DNA from: an uncultured bacterium
Lineage (GTDB): Bacteria > Chloroflexota > UBA5177 > JANWHV01
Direction: 5' to 3'
NCBI GenBank assembly: GCA_963729625.1
Contig: CAVSOU010000010.1
Location: forward strand, 96,001-160,000
DNA: 64,000 bases
The notes under the pieces are model-generated. The model worked only from the letters and a program-made list of their open reading frames with translations, ran no database searches and had not been told where the DNA came from. This document shows positions 1-10,574 of this stretch, piece by piece. How positions within the stretch are numbered: position 1 is the stretch's first letter; each line of letters opens with the position of its first letter. The translations under genes were made by a program, and so were the position numbers.

Positions 1-1
1 C

Positions 2-625
2 AAGCGCAACAAAGATGGAATTCCCGGCAAGATCGTTTCAATTGAATACGATCCGAATAGAACGGCGCGCATCGCTCTTGTCGTGTACGGCGACGGCGAG
101 AAGCGCTACATCCTGGCCCCTAACGGGATTCAAGTGGGACAGGCTATCATGTCGGGCGCCGAGGCCGAGATTCGCGTCGGCAACAGCTTGCCGCTGCGGA
201 ACATTCCTCTCGGCAGCACCCTGCACAACGTCGAGCTCCAGCCCGGCCGGGGCGGCCAGATGGTTCGCAGCGCCGGCGCCTCGGCTCAGCTGATGGCCAA
301 GGAAGGCAAGTTCGCACAGCTTAGGATGCCCAGCGGCGAAGTTCGCCTGGTTCCTCTCGCGGCGCGAGCCACTCTTGGTCAAGTTGGCAATCTCGACCAC
401 GAAAACGAGAGCATCGGCAAGGCCGGGAGAAGCCGGTGGATGGGCATTCGTCCCACCGTTCGCGGTTCGGTCATGAACCCGGTTGATCACCCCCATGGCG
501 GCGGCGAGGGCCGGGCTCCGATCGGCGGCCAGCCGCAAACCCCGTGGGGCCGGCCGGCAATGGGCCACCGGACGCGGCATAATCCAAAGACCGACCGCCT
601 GATTGTACGGCGACGTAAGAAGTAG
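2..625 (+). CDS. rplB: 50S ribosomal protein uL2 (5' truncated by window edge)
   Basis: Frame open from base 2: [13 protein letters not shown]...[22 protein letters not shown]. Confidence 0.99.
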   Translation, partial: KRNKDGIPGKIVSIEYDPNRTARIALVVYGDGEKRYILAPNGIQVGQAIMSGAEAEIRVGNSLPLRNIPLGSTLHNVELQPGRGGQMVRSAGASAQLMAKEGKFAQLRMPSGEVRLVPLAARATLGQVGNLDHENESIGKAGRSRWMGIRPTVRGSVMNPVDHPHGGGEGRAPIGGQPQTPWGRPAMGHRTRHNPKTDRLIVRRRKK

Positions 626-642
626 GGAAGGGAGGGAGCGCT

Positions 643-927
643 GTGTCACGATCAACAAAGAAAGGCTGGTTCGTCGACGCGAATCTGATGAAGAAGATCG
701 AAGCGATGAACAAGACCCGCGAACGGAAGATCCTGAAGACGTGGTCTCGCGCCTCGACGATCTTCCCGGAGTTCGTCAATCACACCATTGCCGTTCACGA
801 CGGAAGACGCCATGTTCCCATCTATATCAGCGAAAATATGGTCGGCCACCGGCTTGGAGAGTTTGCACCGACGCGTCACTTCCGTGGTCACGGCGGCAAG
901 TCCGAGCGCTCGACGGCGCTGAAGTAG
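643..927 (+). CDS. rpsS: 30S ribosomal protein uS19
   Basis: [21 protein letters not shown]; S10 operon order. Confidence 0.99.
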   Translation: MSRSTKKGWFVDANLMKKIEAMNKTRERKILKTWSRASTIFPEFVNHTIAVHDGRRHVPIYISENMVGHRLGEFAPTRHFRGHGGKSERSTALK

Positions 928-940
928 CGGGAGGACGAGT

Positions 941-1279
941 ATGGCACAGGCACGAGCAGTCGCCCGCGACATCAAGGGCTCGGTTCGAAAGGTTCGTCTG
1001 GTCCTGGACTCTGTGCGCGGGCGAAAGGCCACCGAAGCGATGACGATCCTGCAGTTCATGCCGCAACATGCGGCGAAGGATGTCTACAAGGTGCTCAAGT
1101 CCGCGGTCGCCAACGCGGAGAACAATTATCAATTGGAGCCGGCTGAATTGTACATACATACAATCACGGCAGACGAAGGACGGACCTTTAAGCGCGCGTG
1201 GCGCGTCTCGAAGGGTCGCGCAATGCCAAAGCTCCGGCGCCACACCCACATCACTGTAGTGGTCGAGGATAGGGGGTAA
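941..1279 (+). CDS. rplV: 50S ribosomal protein uL22
   Basis: RKVRLVLDSVRG, SAVANAENN, HITVVV; operon position. Confidence 0.98.
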   Translation: MAQARAVARDIKGSVRKVRLVLDSVRGRKATEAMTILQFMPQHAAKDVYKVLKSAVANAENNYQLEPAELYIHTITADEGRTFKRAWRVSKGRAMPKLRRHTHITVVVEDRG

Positions 1280-1282
1280 AGC

Positions 1283-2023
1283 GTGGGGCACAAGGTACAT
1301 CCTGTCGGCTTCAGGCTTGGAATTAACCGCACGTGGCAGGCTCGATGGTATGCCGGGCGCGAGTACAAGACCCTGCTGCATGAAGATCTGATGCTGAGGG
1401 AAGAGATCTTCACTCGTCATCGGAACGCCGGAATCAGCATGATCGAGATCGAGCGTGCGGCCAATCGGGTCACGGTGATGATTCACACTGCCAAGCCGGG
1501 CATCATCATCGGCAAGAGCGGCGCGAACGTCGACGAGCTACGGAAGCTACTCGAACAGAAGACCGGGAAGCGTGTGGCCGTGAATATCCTCGAGCTGCGG
1601 TCTCCGGATCTTTCCGCGGTGCTGGTGGCACGCAATGTTGCCGAGCAGCTCGAGAAGCGCGTCGCGTTCAAGCGCGCCATGAAACTTACCGTGCAACGCG
1701 CGATGCAGGCCGGCGCCAAGGGGATCCGGATCAATGTGGCCGGCCGACTCGGGGGCGCCGAGATGGCTCGACGCGAGTGGGAACGCAAGGGCCGCGTGCC
1801 GTTGCATACGTTGCGAGCGGACATTGATTTCGGCACCACCATCGCCAAAACCACCTATGGTGTGATCGGAGTGAAAGTCTGGATTTACAGGGGCGACGTG
1901 CTTCCCGGTCAGCTTCGGCAGACCGACGCCGTGCCTTCTGGTGAGCGGCCTCCCGAGCGCCGCCGGACGCGTGCTCCACGTAGTACGTCGGGTGCAGCCG
2001 GTCATGCCGGGCCTGCGGTGTAG
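1283..2023 (+). CDS. rpsC: 30S ribosomal protein uS3
   Basis: [36 protein letters not shown]. Confidence 0.99.
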   Translation: MGHKVHPVGFRLGINRTWQARWYAGREYKTLLHEDLMLREEIFTRHRNAGISMIEIERAANRVTVMIHTAKPGIIIGKSGANVDELRKLLEQKTGKRVAVNILELRSPDLSAVLVARNVAEQLEKRVAFKRAMKLTVQRAMQAGAKGIRINVAGRLGGAEMARREWERKGRVPLHTLRADIDFGTTIAKTTYGVIGVKVWIYRGDVLPGQLRQTDAVPSGERPPERRRTRAPRSTSGAAGHAGPAV

Positions 2024-2035
2024 GAGTATGCGACC

Positions 2036-2497
2036 ATGTTAATGCCAAAGAGAGTCAAGCACCGCAAGGTGCATCGCGGTCGCCGCAAGGGGTCAGCCCA
2101 CCGCGGCACTGAGGTGTCGTTCGGTGAATACGGTTTGCAGGCCGGCGGAACGTGCTGGCTTGAAAGCAGGCAGATTGAAGCGGCCCGTCGCGTCATCACG
2201 CGCTATACGCGTCGAGGTGGCAAGATCTGGATCCGCGTGTTCCCGGCGAAGCCGGTCACAGCAAAGCCGGCGGAGACCCGTATGGGCAGCGGAAAAGGCG
2301 CACCCGATCACTGGGTGGCGGTTGTCAAGCCTGGGCGTGTTCTCTTCGAGATTGCCGGCGTGCGAGAAGATGACGCCCGCGAGGCAATGCGGCTCGCCGG
2401 ATTCAAGCTGCCAATACCAACGCGATTCGTCGTCCGTACGGAGACCGCGGCATCCGAGGCCGCGGATGAGGAGCCAGAGGACGAGACAGATGGATAG
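2036..2497 (+). CDS. rplP: 50S ribosomal protein uL16
   Basis: [23 protein letters not shown]; short acidic C-terminal tail. Confidence 0.99.
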   Translation: MLMPKRVKHRKVHRGRRKGSAHRGTEVSFGEYGLQAGGTCWLESRQIEAARRVITRYTRRGGKIWIRVFPAKPVTAKPAETRMGSGKGAPDHWVAVVKPGRVLFEIAGVREDDAREAMRLAGFKLPIPTRFVVRTETAASEAADEEPEDETDG

Positions 2498-2696
2498 ACA
2501 CACGAAAGAATTGCGAACGAATACGCCGACCCAGCTGCAGATCCTGCTTGGCCAGGCGCAGGACGAGTTGTCAACTCTCCGATTCCAGCTGGCCAACAGG
2601 CAGTCGAGCAACACGGCGCGGCTCAGCACGTTGCGCCACGAGATCGCCCGGGTCAAGACGTTGCTTCGCGAGGACCAGCTTCGGAGGACCAGCTAG
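2490..2696 (+). CDS. rpmC: 50S ribosomal protein uL29
   Basis: ATG 2490 inside listed ORF 2124-2696; KELR...LRFQLA...RHEIARVKT. Confidence 0.95.
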   Translation: MDRHTKELRTNTPTQLQILLGQAQDELSTLRFQLANRQSSNTARLSTLRHEIARVKTLLREDQLRRTS

Positions 2697-3035
2697 ATGG
2701 TAGACGAATCAGCTCAAGCGATCACCATTGCGTCGCCGGAGGGTCGCAGGAGGCAGAAGATCGGGCGCGTAGTCAGCGACAAGATGGATAAGACGATCAT
2801 CGTAGCAGTGGAGTCTCTTCGCAAGCATCGGCTGTACAAGCATACGGTACGCGTTACCAAGCGCTTCAAGGCACATGACGAGCAGAACAAGTGCCGAACG
2901 GGCGACACGGTGCGCATCGAAGAGACGCGTCCGCTCAGCAAGGAGAAGCGCTGGCGTGTCGTCGAGATCATCAGTCACGACGTTCGCGCCACCGAGGCGG
3001 TTATCCCTGCTTCGGTGCTGTCCGACCAGGGTTAG
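2697..3035 (+). CDS. rpsQ: 30S ribosomal protein uS17
   Basis: [23 protein letters not shown]. Confidence 0.99.
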   Translation: MVDESAQAITIASPEGRRRQKIGRVVSDKMDKTIIVAVESLRKHRLYKHTVRVTKRFKAHDEQNKCRTGDTVRIEETRPLSKEKRWRVVEIISHDVRATEAVIPASVLSDQG

Positions 3036-3085
3036 GTGTCCCGACACGCCATCGTCGGTGGCTGCCAGGAAGGGGGAGCCTCGGA

Positions 3086-3454
3086 ATGATTCAAGTCCAA
3101 ACTAGATTGCGCGTGGCCGACAACTCAGGCGCGAAAGAGATCATGTGCATTCGGGTGCTGGGTGGCGGCGCCCGGAAGTACGCGCGAGTCGGCGACGTGA
3201 TTATCGCCTCAGTGAAAGTCGCTACTCCGGGTGCGGCGGTGAAGAAGGGCGAGGTTGTTCGTGCGGTCGTCGTGCGCACGGCAAAGGAATATGGGCGCGT
3301 TGATGGCTCGCACATTCGCTTCGACGACAACGCCGCGGTGATCATCAATGTTCAAAACAATCCGCGCGGCACACGAATCTTTGGCCCCGTCGCCCGCGAG
3401 CTTCGCGAGCGTGGCTTCACCAAGATTCTGTCGCAGGCGCCAGAGGTGCTCTAA
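3086..3454 (+). CDS. rplN: 50S ribosomal protein uL14
   Basis: [17 protein letters not shown]...[13 protein letters not shown]; SD GGGGAG before ATG 3086. Confidence 0.99.
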   Translation: MIQVQTRLRVADNSGAKEIMCIRVLGGGARKYARVGDVIIASVKVATPGAAVKKGEVVRAVVVRTAKEYGRVDGSHIRFDDNAAVIINVQNNPRGTRIFGPVARELRERGFTKILSQAPEVL

Positions 3455-3456
3455 CG

Positions 3457-3801
3457 ATGGATCGCTATGCGCCAAAGCCCCATGTCAAGAAGGGCGACGA
3501 GGTGCTCGTGCTTGCAGGAAGAGACCGCGGCAAGCGCGGCACCATCAATCGAATGGTCATTAAACAGGACAACGTGCGTGCTGTTGTCAGTGGTGTGAAC
3601 TTTGTGAAGAAGAGCTCGAAGGGCCGCCCCGGCGTGCGCCAGGCAGGGATCATCGAGTTTGAGGCGCCGCTGCAACTATCGAACCTGATGCTCATTTGCA
3701 CGCAATGCGGCAAGCCGACGCGTACGGGCAGGACGCAGCTATCCGACGGCCGGCGCGCCCGAACCTGCCGGAAGTGCAATCAAGTGATCGACAGGGGGTA
3801 G
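3457..3801 (+). CDS. rplX: 50S ribosomal protein uL24
   Basis: [21 protein letters not shown] motif, EAPLQLSN; C-terminal CxxC...CxxC. Confidence 0.98.
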   Translation: MDRYAPKPHVKKGDEVLVLAGRDRGKRGTINRMVIKQDNVRAVVSGVNFVKKSSKGRPGVRQAGIIEFEAPLQLSNLMLICTQCGKPTRTGRTQLSDGRRARTCRKCNQVIDRG

Positions 3802-3803
3802 GT

Positions 3804-4349
3804 ATGCGCGCACGCTTGAAGGAGCGCTACGAGCAGGAAGTCGGCCCTGCGCTGCTGAAAGAATACGGTTACAGGAACCGGATGGAACTTCCTACCGTAA
3901 ACAAGATCGTGGTGAATATTGGCCTTGGCGAAGCGACGAGCAACGCAAAGGCGATCGACGCGGCGGTCAACGACCTGAAGATTATTGTCGGCCAGAAGCC
4001 GGTGGTAACCAAGGCCAAGAAATCCATTTCGCAGTTCAAGGTTCGCGCGGGCATGGAGATTGGCGCCATGGTTACGCTCCGCGGCGAGCGTATGTGGGAG
4101 TTTCTCGACCGGCTCGTGACAGTCGCGTTACCTCGCATCCGCGACTTCCAGGGCGTGTCGCCGAGGTCGTTCGATGGTCGAGGGAACTACACATTGGGCC
4201 TTCGCGAGCAGCTTGTGTTTCCGGAGATCGATTACGACAAGGTCGACAAACTTCGCGGTCTCGAGGTCAGTATTGTAACTACCGCGCGAACAGATGAGGA
4301 AGGCCGCCGCCTGCTCGCCCTGCTCGGCATGCCGTTTCGAGCGGCCTAG
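3804..4349 (+). CDS. rplE: 50S ribosomal protein uL5
   Basis: [32 protein letters not shown]. Confidence 0.99.
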   Translation: MRARLKERYEQEVGPALLKEYGYRNRMELPTVNKIVVNIGLGEATSNAKAIDAAVNDLKIIVGQKPVVTKAKKSISQFKVRAGMEIGAMVTLRGERMWEFLDRLVTVALPRIRDFQGVSPRSFDGRGNYTLGLREQLVFPEIDYDKVDKLRGLEVSIVTTARTDEEGRRLLALLGMPFRAA

Positions 4350-4511
4350 CGCGAGGGAAGCTTGCTGATTTGTGCGGGTGTAGATTCAGTTTGCCAGGTA
4401 CATAGGGTTGCCCGATCGGTCGTCGGGACTGGGCGAAGGCCCAGGAACATCGTGTCTATTGCGTCGAGTGAGGACACGCTAACCATCCCGTAAGACGGGA
4501 CAGGAGGGTCC

Positions 4512-4697
4512 GTGGCTAAGAAGTCCATGATTGTCAAATCGCAGCGGGCGCCGAAATTCAAAGTGCAGCAACATAATCGCTGCCTTCGATGCGGACGTTC
4601 GCGCGCGTTCATTCGGAAATTCGCGCTGTGCCGCATCTGTTTCCGAGAGCTTGCTCTGCTCGGCGAGCTGCCGGGCGTGACAAAAGCGAGCTGGTGA
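4512..4697 (+). CDS. rpsN: 30S ribosomal protein uS14, short zinc-binding (C+) type
   Basis: 61 aa, RCLRCGR...[15 protein letters not shown]. Confidence 0.98.
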   Translation: MAKKSMIVKSQRAPKFKVQQHNRCLRCGRSRAFIRKFALCRICFRELALLGELPGVTKASW

Positions 4698-4709
4698 GGA
4701 GGAACACAG

Positions 4710-5108
4710 ATGCAGCTGAGTGATCCTATTGGTGACATGCTGACGCGCCTCCGCAACGGCGCAATGGCGCGGCACGCAAGTGTCGATATTCCACATTCAA
4801 ATCTGAAAGAACACATTGCCTCGATCCTGAGAGACGAGGGCTTCGTTCGCGACTTCGAGGTGGTCCGCGAGGGTGCAAAGGCGACGATTCGCATATCGCT
4901 GAAGTACACAGCGCAGCGGAAACCGGTAATCTCGCACTTGAAACGTATCAGCAAGCCCGGCCTGCGAATCTATGCAGGGAAAGACCGTATTCCGCGCGTG
5001 CTGGGCGGCATAGGTCTGGTAATAGTCTCCACGCCACGCGGCGTTATCACCGGCCAGCACGCCAAGCGTCTCGGTGTCGGCGGCGAGCTGCTGTGTGAAG
5101 TCTGGTAG
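4710..5108 (+). CDS. rpsH: 30S ribosomal protein uS8
   Basis: DPIGDMLTRLRN, RISKPGLRIY, GGELLCEVW. Confidence 0.99.
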   Translation: MQLSDPIGDMLTRLRNGAMARHASVDIPHSNLKEHIASILRDEGFVRDFEVVREGAKATIRISLKYTAQRKPVISHLKRISKPGLRIYAGKDRIPRVLGGIGLVIVSTPRGVITGQHAKRLGVGGELLCEVW

Positions 5109-5125
5109 GAGGGCGGGAGAGAACA

Positions 5126-5695
5126 ATGTCACGTATTGGACGGCGTCCCGTTCCCGTGCCCGCGGGTGTCACGGTGACAATTGACGGCAGCAATGTGCGC
5201 GTAACAGGTCCGAAGGGCGAGCTCGCGCACGACGTGCCAGATGGCGTAACTGTCGAGCGCAATGACGGTGTGCTGGTCATACAGCGGGCGTCAGACTCAC
5301 ATTCCCATCGTGCGCTGCACGGGCTGACTCGCACCCTGGTCGACAACATGGTTATTGGCGTTACGCAGGGCTTTAGCAAGACCCTGGAGATTACCGGGGT
5401 GGGCTACCGCGCTCAGCTGGCGGGTAGCGGGCTGACGCTTTCGCTCGGCTACTCTCATGCGGTCAACATCGTCGCACCTCCCGGTGTCAGCTTCTCGGTG
5501 AAAGAAGGTCGCGCCAGCGAGCCATACCGTGTCACGGTGATGGGTATCGACAAGCAGGTCGTCGGCGAGACCGCCGCCTCGATTCGACGCTGGCGCGAGC
5601 CTGAGCCGTATTTGGGCAAGGGCATCAAGTACGCTGGTGAGATTATTCGTCGCAAGGCTGGAAAGTCCGGCAAGGTTGGCGGTAAGAAGAAGTAG
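5126..5695 (+). CDS. rplF: 50S ribosomal protein uL6
   Basis: [26 protein letters not shown]. Confidence 0.99.
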   Translation: MSRIGRRPVPVPAGVTVTIDGSNVRVTGPKGELAHDVPDGVTVERNDGVLVIQRASDSHSHRALHGLTRTLVDNMVIGVTQGFSKTLEITGVGYRAQLAGSGLTLSLGYSHAVNIVAPPGVSFSVKEGRASEPYRVTVMGIDKQVVGETAASIRRWREPEPYLGKGIKYAGEIIRRKAGKSGKVGGKKK

Positions 5696-5703
5696 GTGCG
5701 TCG

Positions 5704-6081
5704 ATGATTACAAAGCAGAGTGCACGGGCCGCTCGAGAGCGGCGAAGAAAGCGGGTTCGCGGCAAGATCTCCGGGACAGTCGAGCGGTTGAGGCTGTGCG
5801 TATTCCGGTCGAGCGCGCACATTTACGCGCAAATCATTGATGATGATGACGGCCACACGCTTGTCGCTGCATCGACCCTGGATCAAGAGCTACGATCGTC
5901 GGCGCCATCGGATGGCGGGCACGCAAAGGTGGCGCAGGCGACGGAAGTCGGGAAACTGCTTGCTCAGCGGGCCAAGGAGAAGGGTCTCAGCAAGGTCGTC
6001 TTCGATCGGGCCGGATATCTCTATCACGGCCGCGTCAAGGCTCTGGCCGATGGAGCGCGCGAGGGTGGCCTGGACTTCTAA
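5704..6081 (+). CDS. rplR: 50S ribosomal protein uL18
   Basis: [44 protein letters not shown]. Confidence 0.99.
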   Translation: MITKQSARAARERRRKRVRGKISGTVERLRLCVFRSSAHIYAQIIDDDDGHTLVAASTLDQELRSSAPSDGGHAKVAQATEVGKLLAQRAKEKGLSKVVFDRAGYLYHGRVKALADGAREGGLDF

Positions 6082-6221
6082 ATCATGCGGACCGGCCGCG
6101 GAGCCGGTTCGGGGCCGGCTCGCCGGTGCAACGATCGGTAATGACGCGTCGCCTATGCGACCGCCGCGGATCGTGGCTACGGTTCCGGGCTTCACCCGAT
6201 GTTGAGTGAGAGGTAGACAAG

Positions 6222-6737
6222 ATGGCGAAGATTGATCCAGCATCCCTGGGCAACCTTGAGGAGCGCGTGGTGCAGATAAACCGCGTTGCCAAGGTCGTTA
6301 AGGGTGGCCGCCGGTTCAGCTTCAGCGCTGTGGTCGTTGTCGGCGACGGGAACGGCGTTGTGGGCTACGGACTTGGGAAAGCCGGCGAAGTGCCCGAGGC
6401 GATTCGCAAGGGCGTTGAGGCTGCAAAGAAGAACCTTATCCGCATTCCCCTCGTTAAGGGCACTATTCCGCACCCGATCGAGGTTCGCTACAATGCGGCG
6501 CGTGTGCTCCTGCGCCCCGCGGCCCCCGGCACGGGCGTGATCGCCGGCGAGTCGGTTCGACCGGTTGTGGAGTCGGCCGGAATTCACGATATTCTTACAA
6601 AATCGTTGGGCAGCAACAACAAGATCAACGTCGTCACGGCTACGATGAAGGCCCTGGCGTCGCTTCGGCGAATCGAGGACGAAGCAAGGAACCGCGGGCT
6701 CAGCGTTGGTCGTATACTACGTGGCCCGGAGGCGTAG
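6222..6737 (+). CDS. rpsE: 30S ribosomal protein uS5
   Basis: [36 protein letters not shown]. Confidence 0.99.
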   Translation: MAKIDPASLGNLEERVVQINRVAKVVKGGRRFSFSAVVVVGDGNGVVGYGLGKAGEVPEAIRKGVEAAKKNLIRIPLVKGTIPHPIEVRYNAARVLLRPAAPGTGVIAGESVRPVVESAGIHDILTKSLGSNNKINVVTATMKALASLRRIEDEARNRGLSVGRILRGPEA

Positions 6738-6741
6738 AGCC

Positions 6742-6951
6742 ATGGCACTGGTTCGCATCCGCTATAAGAAGAGTTCTATTGGCTATAACCGGCAGCAGCG
6801 CGACACAATTCGGTCGCTCGGCTTCACACGCTTGAACAGCGTGGTCGAGCGGGAGGACTCTCCCTCGCTGCGCGGGATGCTCCTCGCGGTCCGCCATCTC
6901 GTGGAAGTCGAGGAGTTGGCTGAAGCAGCAGCCGGTGAGGGACAGGCATGA
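6742..6951 (+). CDS. rpmD: 50S ribosomal protein uL30
   Basis: KKSSIG...TIRSLG...SLRGM...VRHLVEVE; ATG 6742. Confidence 0.96.
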   Translation: MALVRIRYKKSSIGYNRQQRDTIRSLGFTRLNSVVEREDSPSLRGMLLAVRHLVEVEELAEAAAGEGQA

Positions 6952-7439
6952 AACTACACGATCTGCAACCCAACCCTGGCACGCATCGCCAGAAACGCCG
7001 CGTCGGCCGCGGGCACGGCTCCGGTCGAGGCAAGACTGCCGGCCGTGGAACGAAGGGCCAATTGGCGCGCACCGGAGGGGGCTGGAATCCTCGCTTTGAA
7101 GGTGGCCAGACGCCGATCCACCTGCGGCTGCCGCACCGGCGCGGATTCAAGAATCCGTTCCGGACCGAGTACGAGATTATCAAGCTCGAGGACTTGAATC
7201 AATTCGAGGCTGGAGTAACCGTCGACCGTGCCTTGTTGGTGAGAGCTGGCTTGGTTCGCGAGAGCGAGCCTCGTCCTCTCAAGTTGCTCGCGAATGGTAC
7301 CATCGAAAAGGCACTGCAGATCGATGGTCTCAAGTACACGGAGGCCGCCCGCACAAAGGTGGAAGCTGCCGGCGGTACAATTGTTGGGGCTCCGGCTCGT
7401 GAGACTGGCGACGTAACACCAAGCGACGCGGACGCCTAA
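6948..7439 (+). CDS. rplO: 50S ribosomal protein uL15
   Basis: RVGRGHGSGRGKTAGRGTKGQ, FEGGQTP. Confidence 0.99.
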   Translation: MKLHDLQPNPGTHRQKRRVGRGHGSGRGKTAGRGTKGQLARTGGGWNPRFEGGQTPIHLRLPHRRGFKNPFRTEYEIIKLEDLNQFEAGVTVDRALLVRAGLVRESEPRPLKLLANGTIEKALQIDGLKYTEAARTKVEAAGGTIVGAPARETGDVTPSDADA

Positions 7440-7451
7440 GGAGGCCCCCCA

Positions 7452-8741
7452 ATGTTGCAAGCAGCGCTCAACGCGTTCAGGCTTCCTGACCTACGAAGGA
7501 AGCTACTGTTTACGCTGGGCATCCTCATCATATACCGGCTAGCGGCTTCGATTCCTGTACCGAACGTCGACCCGAATGCGTTGAAGCAACTGACGAGCCA
7601 GTATCAGATCTTCCAGCTGCTCAGTCTGTTCTCCGGCAACTCGGGTGGCTTCTCGATCGTGTCGCTGGGCGTATATCCGTACATTACTGCTCAGATTGCT
7701 ATCCAGATCCTGATGCCGGTCATTCCGCGACTCGAGGAGATCAGCCGCGAAGGCGAGGCGGGGCGCACGAAGCTCAACCAGATCACTCGTCTGTGCACGA
7801 TTCCTCTTGCCGCGCTGCAGGCCTACGGTCAGGGGGTCTTGCTGTCCAACACGACCAACCTCTTCCAGCACAATTTCGGTTTCTTCGGCGGCTACTTCTG
7901 GGACACGCTGAGCTTCATGACGATCTTGACGTGCGGCACGCTCTTCCTCATCTGGCTGGGCGAGCTGATTACCGAGGCTGGTATCGGAAATGGAGTGTCC
8001 CTGATCATCTTCGCCGGCATTATTGCGCGCCTGCCCGGGACGATAGGCACGCAGTGGAGTGCGGGGAACTACGGGGAGCTCATCATACTGGCTATTGCGG
8101 GCGTCTTCATCGTTGCGGCGATCGTGTTCGTGCAGGAAGCTCAGCGCCGGATTCCTGTTCAATACGCGCGGCGGGTTGTTAGGGGTCGCATGACGCAGGC
8201 TCAAAGCACGCACATCCCGCTGCGGGTTAACTCCGCGGGCATGATCCCGCTCATCTTCGCCTTTTCCATCGTGACGACGCCGGCGATCATCGCCAGCTAC
8301 TTCGTGCCGTCGCATACGACCTGGGTGCACAACTTCGCACAATGGATAACGGATCACTTTAGCCAGAACAATAACCTGTACTGGATGTTGACGTTCCTGT
8401 TCGTGTTTGCCTTTACCTACTTCTACACGACGGTTCAGTGGCAGCAGCAGAAGCTGTCTGAGAACCTGCAGAAGAACGGGGGGTTCATTCCTGGCTACCG
8501 GCCGGGCAAACATACCGAGGATTACTTGAACAAGGTGCTGTCGCGGATCACGCTTGCAGGAGCGCTGTTCCTCTCCACCGTTGCGATCTTGCCGCTGCTT
8601 GCCAAGCCATTTTATGGGAACACGTCGCAGCTGCCGATCACGAGCACGGCACTACTCATCGTCGTCGCCGTGGTGCTCGACACAATGAAGCAGCTTGAAG
8701 CGCAGCTGATGATGAGAAACTACCAGAGCTTCATCCGCTAG
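7452..8741 (+). CDS. secY: Preprotein translocase subunit SecY
   Basis: SLGVYPYITAQI, GIGNGVSLIIFAGI, NGGFIPGYRPG; multiple TM segments. Confidence 0.99.
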   Translation: MLQAALNAFRLPDLRRKLLFTLGILIIYRLAASIPVPNVDPNALKQLTSQYQIFQLLSLFSGNSGGFSIVSLGVYPYITAQIAIQILMPVIPRLEEISREGEAGRTKLNQITRLCTIPLAALQAYGQGVLLSNTTNLFQHNFGFFGGYFWDTLSFMTILTCGTLFLIWLGELITEAGIGNGVSLIIFAGIIARLPGTIGTQWSAGNYGELIILAIAGVFIVAAIVFVQEAQRRIPVQYARRVVRGRMTQAQSTHIPLRVNSAGMIPLIFAFSIVTTPAIIASYFVPSHTTWVHNFAQWITDHFSQNNNLYWMLTFLFVFAFTYFYTTVQWQQQKLSENLQKNGGFIPGYRPGKHTEDYLNKVLSRITLAGALFLSTVAILPLLAKPFYGNTSQLPITSTALLIVVAVVLDTMKQLEAQLMMRNYQSFIR

Positions 8742-8761
8742 CCTGGTCTGCTTCATGAGAT

Positions 8762-8786
8762 ACCCCGGTCCCCACGGGCCGGGGGT
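8762..8786 (+). terminator. GC-rich hairpin after secY (terminator or processing/stability element)
   Basis: CCCCGGTCC/GGGCCGGGG stem with CCAC loop; no U-tract. Confidence 0.45.
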
Positions 8787-8846
8787 CTACTCATGCGATG
8801 GCGCGGTGGCCTGAAGACCGTCCTCGCACTTGAAAGGCAGCTGGTC

Positions 8847-9497
8847 ATGAACATTATCATCATCGGCCCGCCCGGCGCCGGTAAGGGGACGCAGGCCGCA
8901 AGGTTGAGCGACGTGCTGGGGATAGCGCACGTCGCGTCGGGCGACTTCTTCCGCGCGGAGATGCGAACGGGATCGCCCCTCGGTCTGAAGGCGAAGGGGT
9001 ACGTGGATCAGGGCGGCCTCGTGCCCGACGACCTTACGACCAGCATGATACTCGAGCGCATCAGCCGCCCCGACTGCGCCAAGGGCGTGCTGCTGGACGG
9101 CTATCCGCGGACACTGCCTCAGGCGAAGTCGCTCGACGCAGCGTTGGCGGCAGAGGGCAGAAGGATCGATATGGTATTGAGACTGACCGTTCGCGAAGGC
9201 ACAGTCTTGCAGCGGATGCTCGACCGGGTTACTTGCCCTAACTGCAACGCTGTGTACAACCTGGTTTCGTTACCACCGAAAGTCGCCGGAGTGTGCGACA
9301 ACTGCGGACATACGCTGTTCGTTCGCGCCGACGACAATGTTGAGAAGATTCAGAATCGCATTCGGGTGTATCGTCGGGAGACGTGGCCGATCATTCAGTA
9401 CTACGAAGGTCGGAACTTGGTTCGCAACTTCAACGGCGAGCGCGAGATCGACGAGGTGTTCATGGCCCTTGAGGAGAGTATCGTCGCTCATGCCTAA
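8847..9497 (+). CDS. adk: Adenylate kinase (zinc-lid type)
   Basis: GPPGAGKGTQA P-loop, LDGYPRT, CPNC...CDNC lid. Confidence 0.98.
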   Translation: MNIIIIGPPGAGKGTQAARLSDVLGIAHVASGDFFRAEMRTGSPLGLKAKGYVDQGGLVPDDLTTSMILERISRPDCAKGVLLDGYPRTLPQAKSLDAALAAEGRRIDMVLRLTVREGTVLQRMLDRVTCPNCNAVYNLVSLPPKVAGVCDNCGHTLFVRADDNVEKIQNRIRVYRRETWPIIQYYEGRNLVRNFNGEREIDEVFMALEESIVAHA

Positions 9498-10287
9498 TGT
9501 GCGGGTGAAGTCGGCTCGAGAACTCGATGTTATGCGCAGGGCAGGGCAGATCGTTGCCGACACTCTTGTGATTCTACGCGGAGAACTTCGAGAGGGTATC
9601 ACCACGCGCCGGCTCAACGACCTGGCCGAAGAATACCTGAGAAGTCAGGGCGCCACGACCAGTTATACGGCGGTCGGGTTTGACGGCGTCGTCTGCGTCT
9701 CGGTCAATGAGGAGGTCGTTCACGGAATTCCGGGCCCGCGTGTTCTGCGCGCTGGCGACCTAGTGAGCCTCGATATTGCTGCGATTTTCGGTGGCTATCA
9801 CGGTGATGCCGCGATCACCGCTGGTGTTGGCCTGCTGTCACCACAGGCTAGTCACCTTGCCGAATCGACTGAGCAGGCACTGGCTCTCGGTATCAGCCTA
9901 GCCACGCCCGGACGGCATCTGTTCGACATATCGGCCGCGATCCACGACTTCGTCGAATCGAAGGGGCTGAGCGTCGTACGCAACCTAGTCGGGCACGGCA
10001 TCGGCAGGAGCATGTGGGAGGAGCCGCAGGTTCCCAACTACCGCCAGGACTCTCGTGGAATCGTCCTGCGACCAGGCATGGTGTTCACAATTGAACCAAT
10101 GGTGAACGCGGGGAGGCCTGAGACCGTATTACTTGACGACAAGTGGACTATCGTTACGAAGGACCGGAAGTTGTCCGCGCACTTCGAGCACACTATCGCA
10201 ATTTCCGAATGGGGTCCTCGTGTGTTGACGGAACCTAGCGACCATGCCGAGATGTGGGCGCGCGGTCCTGCTCTCGCGGCTGGTTAG
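9490..10287 (+). CDS. map: Methionine aminopeptidase type I
   Basis: SVNEEVVHGIP, GYHGDAA, GHGIG, FTIEPMVN, SAHFEHT. Confidence 0.98.
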   Translation: MPNVRVKSARELDVMRRAGQIVADTLVILRGELREGITTRRLNDLAEEYLRSQGATTSYTAVGFDGVVCVSVNEEVVHGIPGPRVLRAGDLVSLDIAAIFGGYHGDAAITAGVGLLSPQASHLAESTEQALALGISLATPGRHLFDISAAIHDFVESKGLSVVRNLVGHGIGRSMWEEPQVPNYRQDSRGIVLRPGMVFTIEPMVNAGRPETVLLDDKWTIVTKDRKLSAHFEHTIAISEWGPRVLTEPSDHAEMWARGPALAAG

Positions 10288-10308
10288 AACCGCTGTGCAC
10301 GGTGTATG

Positions 10309-10317
10309 TGTTATAAT
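10309..10317 (+). promoter_or_regulatory. Extended -10 promoter for rpmJ/alpha operon
   Basis: Perfect TGtTATAAT about 35 nt upstream of rpmJ ATG. Confidence 0.7.
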
Positions 10318-10351
10318 TCGTAGTCGCGCCTTCAAATAGGGAGAAGTCTCA

Positions 10352-10465
10352 ATGAAAGTTCGCCCTTCGGTGAAAAAGCGGTGCCCGAAGTGCAAGCTGA
10401 TCCGTCGCCACGGCGTGGTAATGGTCATTTGCTCTGAGTCGAAACACAAGCAACGCCAGGGATAG
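10352..10465 (+). CDS. rpmJ: 50S ribosomal protein bL36 (not in ORF track)
   Basis: Read from DNA: [37 protein letters not shown]. Confidence 0.98.
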   Translation: MKVRPSVKKRCPKCKLIRRHGVVMVICSESKHKQRQG

Positions 10466-10471
10466 TTTTGG

Positions 10472-10503
10472 GGAGTTCCGGAGCGCGGCTGCGCCGGAAC
10501 TCC
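10472..10503 (+). other. Strong hairpin between rpmJ and rpsM
   Basis: Perfect 10-bp stem GGAGTTCCGG/CCGGAACTCC plus inner CGC/GCG. Confidence 0.6.
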
Positions 10504-10574
10504 TAGCCACATACCGTCCGGTGGCAGTCTAGCAAGCGGTGGGTTATGCCCCGCCGATCGTAAGGAGAGTTCGA

